The position numbers and the translations under genes are program-made. Shown here in pieces: positions 1 to 11,626 of a DNA stretch of 36,556 nucleotides (positions are counted from its first letter, which is position 1; each line of letters begins with the position of its first letter). The stretch lies in the NCBI RefSeq assembly GCF_006345805.1, contig NW_021826215.1, positions 1 through 36,556 on the forward strand, written 5' to 3'. The DNA is from Octopus sinensis. Its lineage: Eukaryota. The notes beneath the pieces were generated by a model. The model had not been told where the DNA came from and made no database searches. It saw only the letters and a list, made by a program, of their open reading frames with translations.

Positions 1-571
1 AAAGCATTCTCAAACAACTATTTTCTATTTTCTTTACTGAATTTCCTCCATTTTAATTTTCAATCAATAAAATTATTCTGTTGTTATTATATCATTTCAG
101 TTTTTTTTTTCTAAACAAATATAAAGTTCTAACGATTGCTTATTTAATCTTTAAAAAATTCTTAATTATTGCTGCTATTCATAGCATTATGCTTTGCAAA
201 ATTTTACTTGTGTTTTAAAATTAATTTATCACACATTGTTAAAGTTACGATGACATTCGTTCTGTTAATACAGTCAGTTTTTCTACGCATCAGATATATT
301 CCGTTGGTTATGTTTATATATATTTAACAATAAATTCTACGATAGTTAACAATGAATCTCTGGAGGTAGAAAAAGTGGGTAGTAGATGACAACGACTTTA
401 GTGCTGAGATAAATAATAATACTCTCCTATATAAAACGAAGGTACAGATTTCGAAATGAAGGTAATCATGGATTAAATCCTGAAGGTGCAGGCCATAGTG
501 AGCAAACTGGTGAACTAAAGATTACACGATCGTGGGTTCGATTTTCTAAGCTGGTACTGTATGGTATTCTA

Positions 572-1143
572 TTGTGTTGTCCGGAAAGTTTGTGCTGATT
601 TATAGCAGCTTACCTTTCGACTTATTTTAGAACAAGTTTGAGTAATAAAATAGGATTTTACTACACCTCCATTTGGAGCCCAGGTTAAGTTATCTTTTCG
701 TGGAAGAAGGTTTATGTTCCTATAATCTGTGTTAATTCTGTAACCCTTTAAAATGGAAGATAAGAAAGTTCATTTTCGGTATTTGAGGCTTTTCTTTTTC
801 CGTAAAGGGAAAAATGCCTCACAAGCAACCAAAGAAGTATGAACAGTTTATGGTGATATTTCTTTATCCGAAAGAACTGTACGGAAGTGGTTCGCAAGGT
901 TCCAAGGTGGAAATTGTAGCCTTATTGATAAAGAGCGATCAGGCAGACCATCCACTAAAGATGATGACCAAATCAAGTCATTAATTGAGAATAACCCACA
1001 TTGCACAAGCGAGAATTGGCAAAAAGCCTCAACCTATCAAAATCCTTCGTTCATGAGCACCTTGTAAGGCTTGAGTAATGGTAAGTATTTATTGACCTTT
1101 TTCTTTCCTTTAAAAATCGGCACGAACTTACCGGACAACACAA
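572..1143 (+). mobile_element. Internally deleted mariner DNA transposon (non-autonomous derivative)
   Basis: 30-bp TIRs at 572-601 (TTGTGTTGTCCGGAAAGTTTGTGCTGATTT) and 1114-1143 (reverse complement, 27/30 match). TA at 570-571 and 1144-1145. Encloses an N-terminal transposase remnant. Confidence 0.92.
753..1078 (+). pseudogene. Mariner transposase N-terminal (HTH) fragment
   Basis: ATG at 753 reads MEDKKVHFRYLRLFFFRKGKNASQATKEV*TVYGDISLSERTVRKWFARFQGGNCSLIDKERSGRPSTKDDDQIKSLIENNPH, then frameshifts to RELAKSLNLSKSFVHEHLVRL. The catalytic domain is deleted; an NGKY-like C-terminal remnant follows at ~1077. Confidence 0.88.
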
Positions 1144-1453
1144 TAGCTTCTTGCAGTTTGCTCTGAAATGCTTAATGATCATAAATCGGCAGAATCTAGA
1201 CCAACAATCAAGTCGTAGATAGGCAGTGACCGAGGCAACATAAGACGCTTTCTGTAGTAGCTTTACGTCTGGGAAATAGCAGACAGCAAGTTCCTCAAAT
1301 TATAATCAATTGGCTGAAGCAGTGAAAGGGGATATTTCATAAAGTGATTCAAGATAACTTGAAAATGACAAAATAGCTGCGGATGCGAAAAATTTGATCA
1401 TCTTGATCAAGGCTGAACCGAAGCAACAAATCTTCCTAGTTTTTGCTGGTGTT

Positions 1454-1467
1454 TATCTATCTATCTA

Positions 1468-1557
<90 letters not shown>
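1454..1557. repeat. (TATC)n tetranucleotide microsatellite
   Basis: Direct reading; source of the YLSI-repeat ORF 1394-1813. Confidence 0.97.
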
Positions 1558-1613
1558 CCTATTCATCTATACACATACACACAGGTATATATATATATAT
1601 ATAATATATATAT

Positions 1614-1918
1614 CATGTGATCACGTGACCGACCAGACCAACAGATGTTGCTACACATCGCTGGTCACAATGCGTTTGCATTGTTTTAGCCTTCGAATGA
1701 CGCCACCCCTCTGGCTAAGCGAGCAGGCCAACAGCAGAAAGAGTGAGAGAAAGAATGGTGAAAGAGTACAGCAGGATCACCACCCCCTGCCGGAGGCTCG
1801 TGCTACATTTTAGGCGTTTTTGCTCAATGAACACACACAACGCCCGGTCTGGGAATCGAAACCGCGATCCTACGACCGCGAGTCCGCTGCCCTAACCACT
1901 GAGCCATTGCGCCTCCAC
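1614..1918 (-). mobile_element. tRNA-derived SINE, group C, tail type 1 (possibly octopus OR1/OR2-like)
   Basis: Minus strand starts GTGGAGGCGCAATGGCTCAGTGGTTAGGGCAGCGG, with A box TGGCTCAGTGG and B box GGTTTCGATTCC. About 185-bp head shared with 22303-22490. Lies in (TA)n. The family name is recalled, not searched. Confidence 0.85.
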
Positions 1919-1933
1919 ATATATATATATATA

Positions 1934-2130
1934 GATGCACATAAAATCGTTGCCGATTTTCTTTCTCCGTCTACCCTTCTTTGAACTTTTTCTATATTTC
2001 TGACGAAGAGCTCCGCTCGAAACGTTAAATCTTCTTTTTTTTCTTTCCTTTCCTGAGCGTCCAATAACACTGTACTAATTCCACGTCCTCGCGTTGTTGC
2101 TTTTTCTTGCTTGTTCATGTTTGGATTGAC
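1934..2130 (+). mobile_element. Penelope-like (PLE) terminal-repeat remnant / non-autonomous element
   Basis: ~200-bp non-coding segment bounded by (TA)n on both sides. Carries CTGACGAAGAGCTCCGCTCGAAACGTT, the hammerhead-type motif typical of PLE repeats. Confidence 0.6.
1996..2030 (+). ncRNA. Minimal type I hammerhead ribozyme motif (putative)
   Basis: Stem I ATTT(1996-1999)/AAAT(2027-2030); core CTGACGA (2000-2006); extra A (2007); stem II GAGC-TCC-GCTC (2008-2018); GAAA (2019-2022); palindromic AACGTT as stem III; predicted cleavage after GTT (2026). Confidence 0.65.
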
Positions 2131-2350
<220 letters not shown>

Positions 2351-2399
2351 AGGTTTGCTGCCATTAGCTTAGCTGTACATCAATGAGAAACAATGTTGT

Positions 2400-2720
2400 G
2401 TTATTTATAAATTTCAGGACTCACTTTGAAAAGCATTTATCTACGCTGCCAAATTAGGTATCACGAGAGCATTTTCAGCAGTTCGATATGAAGATCAGTG
2501 CAACCCTCTGCTTTTTTATTTAACCAGTCCTCAAGATTAATTGAATCCGCTTTCGGAAACTACTGGCAGTAGCAGCAAAAGTTTACTCATGTCAATATAC
2601 ATAAGTGACTGTATGAATTTGTATGTAAAATTTTGGGTCAGAGTACTTTTGTATTTAAGTAGCTGACATTGTACGTGGGACTCATTTGCTAAGAAGAACG
2701 CTATTGTCACAGTTCCAGAC
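2400..2720 (-). pseudogene. Possible highly decayed hAT transposase C-terminal (dimerisation) remnant
   Basis: Minus-strand peptides SKLLLLLPVVSESGFN and RVALIFI/ELLKMLS loosely resemble the hAT C-terminal LLxPxxxxxxESGFS and LALIxIExELLK patterns. Several stops and shifts are needed. Confidence 0.3.
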
Positions 2721-3202
2721 AAAATATTTTACAATATCGTTTAGCCACAAGCATTGCAAACAGTTACTAATTGGAGAAACAATTCATTTAGAAAATTATG
2801 CAAATTAATATGTTTTGAATATAATTTTTACAGAAAAAACAGAAAAATATTCATTTAAGATTCTATATTAGACTTTTATGAATGTATTTTTACGAATGGA
2901 TTTCTTGGGTGTATAGCCTTGAAGTAATAATTCTGAGTAAATCGTTATTTGTTATTCCCAGACAAAAAATCAGCATGTTTTTGAAAAGTATAAACGAAAT
3001 GTGTAACCTATGCAGCTCATTTATATAATGGTACAAACTTGGAAGCTCGAAGTATGTCTAAGATTGGTTCTCTGTCAAAATGTTTATGAAAATTCAGCTG
3101 TTGTTTTTATAAGTATTTTAATTAAAAATTTATTTCTCATAATATTAATTATGTTAACACTAAGTTAACTGTAAACCAAGTGCGATGTAGATCATTTATA
3201 CA

Positions 3203-3367
3203 TATGAATGGCTGTGTGGTAAGTAGCTTGCTTACCAACCACATGGTACTGGGTTCAGTTCCATTGCGTTGCACCTTGGGTGTTTTCTACTATAGCCTCG
3301 GGCCGACCAAGGCCTTGTGAGTGGATTTGTTTGACGGAAACTGAAAGAAGCCCGTCGTATATATGTG

Positions 3368-3404
<37 letters not shown>

Positions 3405-3673
3405 TTGGGTGTGTGTGTGTGTGTTTGTTTGTGCGTGTGTGTTTGTTTGTGTGTGTGTGTGTATGTTTGTGTGTGTGTTTGTCCCTCAAACATCGCTTGA
3501 CAACCGATGCTGGTGTGTTTACGTCTCGTAACTTAGCGGTTCAGCAAAAGAGACGAATAGAATAAGTACTAGGATTACAAAGAATAAGTCCGGGGGTCTA
3601 TTTGCTCGACTAAAGGCGGTACTCCAGCATGGCCACAGTCAAATGACTGAAACAAGTAAAAGAGTAAAAGAGT
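3203..3673 (+). mobile_element. tRNA-derived SINE, group A (internal microsatellite, CORE-like centre)
   Basis: Head TGGCTGTGTGGTAAGTAGCTTGCTTACCAACCACATGG..GGGTTCAGTTCC; central (TA)/(TG) tract; tail CTCCAGCATGGCCACAGTCAAATGACTGAAACAAGTAAAAGAG. Homologous to at least six other copies in the window. Confidence 0.9.
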
Positions 3674-4675
3674 ACCATCGTGACTGCGTTGTCTCCATGT
3701 TCATTGTATTTAAGTCTTGAAAATCAGCCTTCACAGCAGCATGTACCGCGAATGTCATGTATTCTTGATGAATCCAAGAGGTGTTTTGTGAAATTAACTG
3801 ACTTTATTGGGTAATATCGATTATGAACTTCCTGTTAGTTTAATCTAATAGCTCCTTTTCTCGAACTGTTGATCTCGGTGTCAACACCGTGTTGTTTTCC
3901 TCTGGTCTGTCAGATAAAGTCATTTAAGCTTTCTAACAATCGACATCATTTGAAATTGTAGGCCACTTCATTTCCTTCTTCGTAGTCCCTTACGCTGTAG
4001 AAGTCTCAAGCCTAGATTAGGAAAAAAATCGTTTAAAACAATGTTGTTATATTTGAATATCCTCAGGTTCATACTTTAAATCACAATGACCGTTATAAAG
4101 ATTTCCTCACTGCAGTGAAGAAAATTGACATGCTATGGTCATATATCAGGATATATGTGGCCTTACAAAAACGATTCTTTAAGAATCTGTAGAGAAGACA
4201 GAGTCGGACAGCAAATATTGATAGACAACATCAATGAATGGAAGTAGCAAATCGTTAGCCGAGCTTGAAGCCTGTCACACAGCCGAGGCAGATAAAGAAA
4301 GTTAGTGTGCAACATGCCGTGACAGCTCCTCGCGATAGACTCGGGTGTTCGGAATGAAGCAAGGGTGAACAAGCTCTTCTAGAAAGGAAGTATTGAATGA
4401 AGTGCTTCGCTGGCATATGAGATATATTTGCAAGGATCTTAAAATTTTGATAGTGTTATGCATTTTGGAAGTATTTTTCATTTGTTAAGGTCACTCTACA
4501 CATTTTCTATAGAAATTATATCCAACATTGATTTTGTTACGAAGTTTCGTATCCAAGACGTGTGATGTAAAAACAGTATTGACTTGTAAAAGCGTGTAAT
4601 ATACCTGATAGAATATTATTGCTGCATAAGGAAATAGTGTCCTTGCCCGTCATTTTATTTTTCATTTTAACAGTT

Positions 4676-4853
4676 TTAGTTATTTGACTGCAGGTATGCT
4701 AGGACACCATGTTGAATAGATTTAATCAAACAAATTGACTCAACTACTTATTTACTTTAATTCTGGTATTTATTTTATCGACTTCTTTGCAGAACCACAA
4801 AGTTACGCGGACGTGAGAAAATCAACAGCGGTTGTCACCGGTGTGAGGGAATA

Positions 4854-4892
<39 letters not shown>

Positions 4893-5080
4893 GCACATGT
4901 GTGTGTGTGTACGTGTATGTGTGTGTCTGTGTCTGTGTGACACGCTTCCATGCAGTCACTGTCAACCAAAGTATTCATTCACAAGGCAGCAGTAAAGTTG
5001 AGGTCACTTGAGGTGCCACTCAATGAGAATGAACACAAGCACACATGGTTCAAAGCGAACTTCTTAACCACATAGCCACA
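4676..5080 (-). mobile_element. Old diverged SINE group A copy
   Basis: Tail-like TTAGTTATTTGACTGCAGGTATGCTAGGACACC at left, (CA)/(TG) centre, head-like TTCTTAACCACATAGCCACA at right. Confidence 0.6.
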
Positions 5081-5897
5081 TATGATTTATTATATAATTT
5101 CACTTTAAATGATTAATTTCCTTTATATTTTTTCAGTCCAGGTATATACTTACATACATAAATGTATCTTAAATCATATAAATGACAAATTGTCTTTGCA
5201 TTATATTATTATATTTCCTCAAATATGAAAACAAAATCCAAATTACATATGTAAAATTTATAACATTTTTTTGTAACTTCAAATTTTTTAAAACAGATTT
5301 CAATGTATAAAAACAAAAATTACAGAAGTTATGTCTTTGGTAAACATAGGGTAACTATATAAAAAAACAACACATATGCACAAAAAGAACAAAAATGAAA
5401 ACGGAATAAAACACTATTAACATATTTCTCTATTGTTAACATGTTTTCAAATGTGTATTTAAAGTTTTTAATATACATTTCCCGCGTTTGCAAAATGTTG
5501 TATGTTAGTTAAACATTACTCAATTTCTGTATAAGGAACTTTAAAGAAACAAATGTCCAGATATTTACGTGTACAAACACACGCGCACAAATACATGTAT
5601 ATACATACACGAGTATATATAAAAATACATATGTGTATCAATGTGTACTTATACACATGTGTATATATATATATATATAATATATATATATATATATGTA
5701 TTCATTCATTCATGTATGCATATAACTATGTATCTATAGATATACTTATATATGTATGCATTTATGCGTATATAAATTCCTTCTATGTGTGTGTGTGCGC
5801 GCGCGAGAAATTTGGGGAAATGTGTGTGTGTGTGTGTATGTGTGTGTGATGCGTGCCATTCCTTTCGCTTTACTCATTCACTTTTTTTTTCAAATCC

Positions 5898-6115
5898 TTT
5901 CTAATTGATTCAGTCATGAGACTGCGGCCATGCTGAGGCACGGCCTTCAAGAATTTTTAACCAAGGAACTCGACACCAGTACTTTTCTCCTAAGCCTGGT
6001 GCTTATTCACTCGATGTCTTTTTGCCTAACTGCTAATTTACGGTGACGTTAACAAATCAACAGCCGTTGCCAAACGGTGATGTTAGACAAACATAGACAC
6101 AAAGACACACATCTT

Positions 6116-6194
<79 letters not shown>

Positions 6195-6748
6195 CACTCT
6201 CTCTCTCTCTCTCTATCTATATGTCTGTCTGTCTATCTATCTATCTATCTATTTATCTATCTGCCTGTCTGTCTATCTATTATATAAGTATTTTCAGTGG
6301 ATTTGGTAGACAGAAACTGAAACAAACAGTCGAATATATATATATATACATTCACTGCTTTCTTCCAAGGAATCTAATGCTCTTAGCTTAGTTTTTCCTT
6401 GGGACTGGCCAGGTTGGAGCAATCTCAAGTATAACCAGCCGAAATTGCAAAGATAATCTGGAACTCGACTGAGGAAAGAAAACTCCGAATGACCTGTCCT
6501 TATTTTCTTTGTATCGTCTATCTGGATGTTTTGTTATCCCCTCTTTTGTATCACCTGTCTGGATGTTTTGCGTTCTTGTCCCATTTTGTAATTATATATA
6601 TATATATATACACGACTGTTTTTTTTTTCAGTTTCCGTCCATTTGCCTGAGGCTATAGTAGAAAACACTTGACTTATGCGGCATATATACATGAATCTGG
6701 AACCATGTAATTGGGAAGCAAGATACTTACCGCACAACCACGCCTGCT
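5898..6748 (-). mobile_element. SINE group A copy interrupted by (TATC)n and a nested insertion
   Basis: Tail half at 5898-6110 (CAGTCATGAGACTGCGGCCATGCTG...); head half at 6608-6748 (GAGGCTATAGTAGAAAACACTTG...TACTTACCGCACAACCAC); (TATC)n at ~6115-6195 between them. Confidence 0.7.
6355..6592 (+). mobile_element. Second PLE-like remnant inserted in (TA)n
   Basis: ~240-bp segment between (TA)n tracts, with a degenerate hammerhead-like core CTGAGGA...CCGAATGACCTGTC at 6469-6498 and a T-rich 3' part containing a short internal duplication (TCTGGATGTTTTG twice). Confidence 0.45.
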
Positions 6749-7099
6749 CATAAATCGACCGGAGGAAAAGCTGCCCGTAAAAAAAAACTTGCTGCCAAAG
6801 CTGCTCATTAGACTGACCCCTTCACTGTTGGTGTGAGAAAAAACCCACAACGTTACAAACAGAAACAGTATCCTGTTATGTATTTTAACGTAGAGACTGT
6901 GGTCATGCAGGGCGAACAGTCCATATTATCACCTTTACAATGTCCATCCTTTGCGATTGACTTTCGCTGAAGACGGGAGCTTGACATTAGTGCCCCTTTT
7001 TGAGTTTTTTTTGCCGTGATATAAGTTCATCACAACCTTTGAAAGCAAGAGGTTAAGTCATTTCTTGAAATCATCTACCCCCATTATATATATATAATA

Positions 7100-7139
<40 letters not shown>

Positions 7140-7558
7140 GTTTGTGTGTGGTGTGTGTGTGTGTGTGAGACAGATCGTCGCATATAAAAATTGCAGTGGA
7201 CACATACACGCATACACACAAATAGACTCACATCTATCTATGAGAGTGTGTGTGTATATGTGTGTGAATGATGATGTAAATGGTGGATTGGTCGATTTTC
7301 GCCGATTCGGCGGGAAGTGTTCGCTTTATATGTGCATTGTATATGACAAACCTAATCGATAATTTAACGTGCAAATAACTCAATATTTGATCATATGTGA
7401 AACTTTCACAATGCTGTCCACCATCTCACTGTAAAAATAAAATTTATACTCTGTCTATATACGTATTTAGTGTTTTCTTTCTAACATTTATTATTTGAAT
7501 CATTTCTACGAACAACCATTCACAAATCAGAAACAGTTACGTACATGCCTGTGGTGTG

Positions 7559-7589
<31 letters not shown>

Positions 7590-8147
7590 TATATAATAAT
7601 ATATATATAATATATATATATGATATATATATATATGTATATATATCTATATATATATATATGCAGACACACACATATTCACACGACCGTGTATATGTAT
7701 ATCTCTATATATCTACATGTATTTATGTTAACATATATGAATATATATATGATTGTATTAAAAACCATATGTGTATATTTGCATATATGCCTATAGTTAT
7801 GTATGTATGCATAAACATGTATATATGTAGATTGCCTCAGAAAGCATTAAAATTCAGAAAAAAGTACCTTCTACAGCAGTTCCCATACTCTTACCCGCCA
7901 TATATGACAGTATATTTAGCATTTCAGTACTATGCGCTTTATATGCCTTTGGTGTTACACCCACATTAAGTTTTCAAATTAGCGGTTCTTGTGCCTTGAG
8001 TGCATAATAAAATTAGCTGTTTAGTCAGCTATTTCTGAGGCCCTATTGGGTTGGAAAGGGATTACAAATGATTTGCTTAATTTCAATCTCTGATATATAC
8101 CGCCACATTAAGAAATCTAAGTTGTTCTCGTCGTTTTTCTCTTTCAG

Positions 8148-8171
8148 ATGTTCTCATGCTATACACACAAG
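8148..8171 (+). CDS. Candidate 24-nt microexon of an unidentified host gene
   Basis: TTTTTCTCTTTCAG|ATGTTCTCATGCTATACACACAAG|GTATGT: strong acceptor, AAG|GTATGT donor, length divisible by 3, no stop in any phase. No homology evidence. Confidence 0.4.
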
Positions 8172-8178
8172 GTATGTA

Positions 8179-8234
<56 letters not shown>

Positions 8235-8517
8235 CACAGAGAGGGGGGGGAGGGAGTATGTGTGTGTGTCTATACACACATTTATATTAGCATACTTATG
8301 CACGTCCAAATACTAGCGAACATAAGGACCTAAAATTATATTTAAAAACATGAATAATTATAATGCTTATACTCATTTACAGGTATAAACATATATAGAA
8401 TATAAACATTACACTCACATTTGCATGCGAACATCATTGCATATATGTTTGGCTTGAGGAGACTGTATTTTTGTGTCCGTGCAATGTTTTTCACATGGTT
8501 CTTGATAATAATTTCAG

Positions 8518-8553
8518 GTGATTATGAAGCGCTTTCTTGTTTTCCTGATGTGT
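8518..8553 (+). CDS. Candidate 36-nt exon of an unidentified host gene
   Basis: ATTTCAG|GTGATTATGAAGCGCTTTCTTGTTTTCCTGATGTGT|GTAAGT. Phase 0 reads VIMKRFLVFLMC; phase 1 reads (G)DYEALSCFPDV. No homology evidence. Confidence 0.35.
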
Positions 8554-9640
8554 GTAAGTTGTAGAGTCAAGTGTGTTTGATTTTTGAGTTTAATTTTCTC
8601 TAAAAATGTATCCTAGATTTTGAAAGTAGATGTGAATGATTTTTTTCTGGTTTTCACTCTGGAGCGGGTGTTAGTATTTTAGGGCAAATGTTATCCATCG
8701 TCTCTGTATAGTCCGCCAGTTATTTTCAGAAATATCAAGTATTTTCAGCAGGTATTGGTCTCGAAGGTCACTAACGTATGTGTGTCTACTAATATTACAT
8801 TCTTAACCTACTATACTACATATGTGACCCACTGCAATATTTATTGTTTGAAATGAAGAAAACTTCTGCAGAGTATTTTTCATCAACTATACTTTTAAAA
8901 TCGACCTCGTAGAAATAGCAACACGATTTTGATAGAGGTCGAGCTCATTAAGTGAAAGTGTAAGAGTGAGACTACCCTGTCTTCCAGCATTTTGGAAATA
9001 ACGAACAGATATGCTTTACATCAAATCTAACCTTCTTAAAATGGATACATCGCATAAATTCTCCTAGGCTCCCTACATATAGCAAAATAGCAGCGTATTC
9101 ACAGTTGAGATACATTTCATCATAGACGTTCTTAAAAGCTTGAAACGGAAGAAACTTTTCATAAAATCACTTTCGATATCAGTATAGAGTCGATCAATTC
9201 TATACTGACATGGAAAGTGCCAATGCATTTTTTTCCATAAAGATAGCATCATTATGGAATAATTAGTGTTTCCGAGATAGAAAAAGTAATTTTCGTGTCT
9301 CTTTTAATTTTTGAAAATGGATTTAGTCAATAATTTCAGTATTTAGTGTTTCTGTTGACACGTCAGTGTTACAAAATGGAGAAACGTCTGGTTTCTTTTC
9401 AGACGTTTACTATACCTTGGAAGTTAATGGAAGCTTTTGAATTATGGCGAAATTGTTAGGAAAGAACTAGAACTAGTTTAAAGGACGGAAGATTGAACTA
9501 AAACTTAGAACTCTGGCAATTTTCGTGGGAGATTGAATTTAGAGAAATTTTATTCTAGATCAGAGACGAATTCCTGCATTCCTAACGTTATTTATTATTT
9601 CGTTTTAGATGTGTGTGGCCAAATATTAGCAAAAGTGTAA

Positions 9641-9682
<42 letters not shown>

Positions 9683-9789
9683 ATGCCTAGAGTATGTAGA
9701 AACACACACAACATATACATTTATGTATACATATATACTTATGTATCCAATACGTATGCACACACGTATGTATATTACTTTCAAATTTT

Positions 9790-9960
9790 GGCACTTTCGT
9801 GGAGGCCAGCATTTTCTCAGGAGGAAGTAGGTCGATTACATCGACTCCTTTGCTCAACTGGTACTTATTTTATCGACCTCGGAATGAGGGAAGGTAAAGA
9901 CTACCTCGATGGAATTCGGAATCTGAACGTATCTGAACACATCTGCCAGTACGCCACCTT
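9790..9960 (-). mobile_element. SINE group B, diverged
   Basis: GTCGATTACATCGACTCC...AACTGGTACTTATTTTATCGACCTCGG...CTGCCAGTACGCCACCTTA matches the reverse complement of group B copies. Confidence 0.7.
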
Positions 9961-10298
9961 ATACACGTGTTTATTAAAAAAAAATTAATTTTTATAAGCC
10001 ATAAGCTTACATAAACACATTATAATCAGATTATTGCAGAGTAGATAGTTTTGTTATTATTAAAATGTGTACCTTTTCATGCATTGAGATGTATATGAGA
10101 TAATGTCCGCACTGTGTACAATATACTTTAACATACTTTCCAACCATTCCATTACGATATAAATCCTCACTAATGAGGTTCAGCTAATGTCAAATAAACC
10201 ATTTATTAACTGTACACCATTTAATATACCTTTCAACAATGAACAGCAGAGCACGAGCAGAAACGCTATAGTAAATTGTTCTTATTCTTATAATTGGG

Positions 10299-10474
10299 TT
10301 TTAAGTGCCTAAACCAATTTATTTGCAAACATTTAATAGTAATATTCAATATTGTCTACAAATAAATTTGTATTGATATTTGTGATGGTGATCGTTGTTC
10401 TTGAATTGGTGGTTGTTATGCTAATATAAGGAAGATAGGTACAATTTGCCCATTGCAATCTTTATCAATTATTT
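10299..10474 (+). repeat. Diverged ~176-bp direct repeat, copy 1 (copy 2 at 14098-14274)
   Basis: Colinear blocks TTTTAAGTG.CTAAACCAATTTATTTG, ACATTTAATAGTAATA, TAGGTACAATTTG.CCATTGCAA.CTTTATCAATTATTT in both copies. Confidence 0.85.
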
Positions 10475-10665
10475 TATCTACATATATATTTATATATATT
10501 CTTTCGGTCGTCCCAGCAGCTTGCTTTGCTCGCGTTTCCCCGGCGTGCAGACTTGACAACAGGTTAGACTTGGTCAACAATCTTTTCTCTGCTGAGTCTG
10601 TTCCTATATGTGATACTCTCTCTCTCTCCTCTATCAATCTATCTAACTAGCTAACACACACCACA

Positions 10666-10730
<65 letters not shown>

Positions 10731-10794
10731 TAGGCGTATATAGAAAAACATATGTATTAAATGCATATTAGTATTGTTCTTGTCATTATTGATA

Positions 10795-11010
10795 TTAAGC
10801 GGCAATCTGGCAGAATCGTTAGCACCCCAGACAAGATGCTTAGCGACATCTTGTCTGATTGCTCTGCGTTCAAATTAAAAACGATATCAGCTTTGCTTGT
10901 CATTCTTTCGGCATCGATGAAATAAGAACCAGTTGCACTCTGGGGATGATATCGGCTGGCGCCCTCCACCAAATTTTCAAGACATCTGCTTATAGCAGAA
11001 AGAATGACTA
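10795..11010 (+). mobile_element. SINE group B (head AAGGCGGTGAGCTGGCAGAATCGTTAGC-like, (TTA)n tail)
   Basis: CTGGCAGAATCGTTAGCACCCCAGACAAGATGCTTAGCG...GTTCAAATT...ATAGCAGAAAG followed by (TTA)n. Confidence 0.75.
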
Positions 11011-11028
11011 TTATTACTATTATTATTA

Positions 11029-11074
<46 letters not shown>

Positions 11075-11626
11075 GAGTGAGAGAGCAGTGCATGCTATCA
11101 AAGTGACACTGGGGTCAAATATACGAAGCCCAGTATACCCATCATGACTACCCGTCTGATAAGGGTACACCAGTCATATGCAACACAATCATATATACGC
11201 GACATGTTGATCTCATATTAAGATAAACAGCACATGACCTTGCAGGTGGGGCCCAGTTAGAATTTTCCCCTGGTCGAGTAGCCCATTCCACTCAAAAGGT
11301 CCCTGAATAAGGATTATTTAAGGATGTTGAACGAACCACCCATTTTTCCGAAATTGAATTATCCAAACCTCCAAGAATCCCGTTCAACACATGGCTATGA
11401 TGCTCCCCCACTAAATTCTGCTTGTGATCAGGGATGCACATATCGTCAGCCACTGAGTGACATGGTCAACTGGTTATGATGAAACAACTGACGAGCAAAT
11501 CTGTGGTATAGAGCAAAGTACTTGATGTAGCCCATCTTTTATACTAAGACAGCACAATGTACATAACACTTCCAATGAGTTAAGATCAGAAGCCATGAGA
11601 GCCACTGTCTGGTACTGCATCAGGGC

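Noticed and set aside
1180-1440. Third, very decayed mariner-like remnant
   Set aside because: Only vague similarity after several assumed frameshifts; no TIR.
3676-3905. Nearly open minus-strand frame (2 stops in about 75 codons)
   Set aside because: No recognisable motif; could be an old TE but cannot be supported.
6469-6498. Functional hammerhead at the second motif
   Set aside because: GAAT replaces GAAA, stem II is broken and there is no valid NUH site; kept only as a decayed relic.
9179-9420. Helitron 3' ends at the hairpins
   Set aside because: No CTRR terminus at the expected distance downstream.
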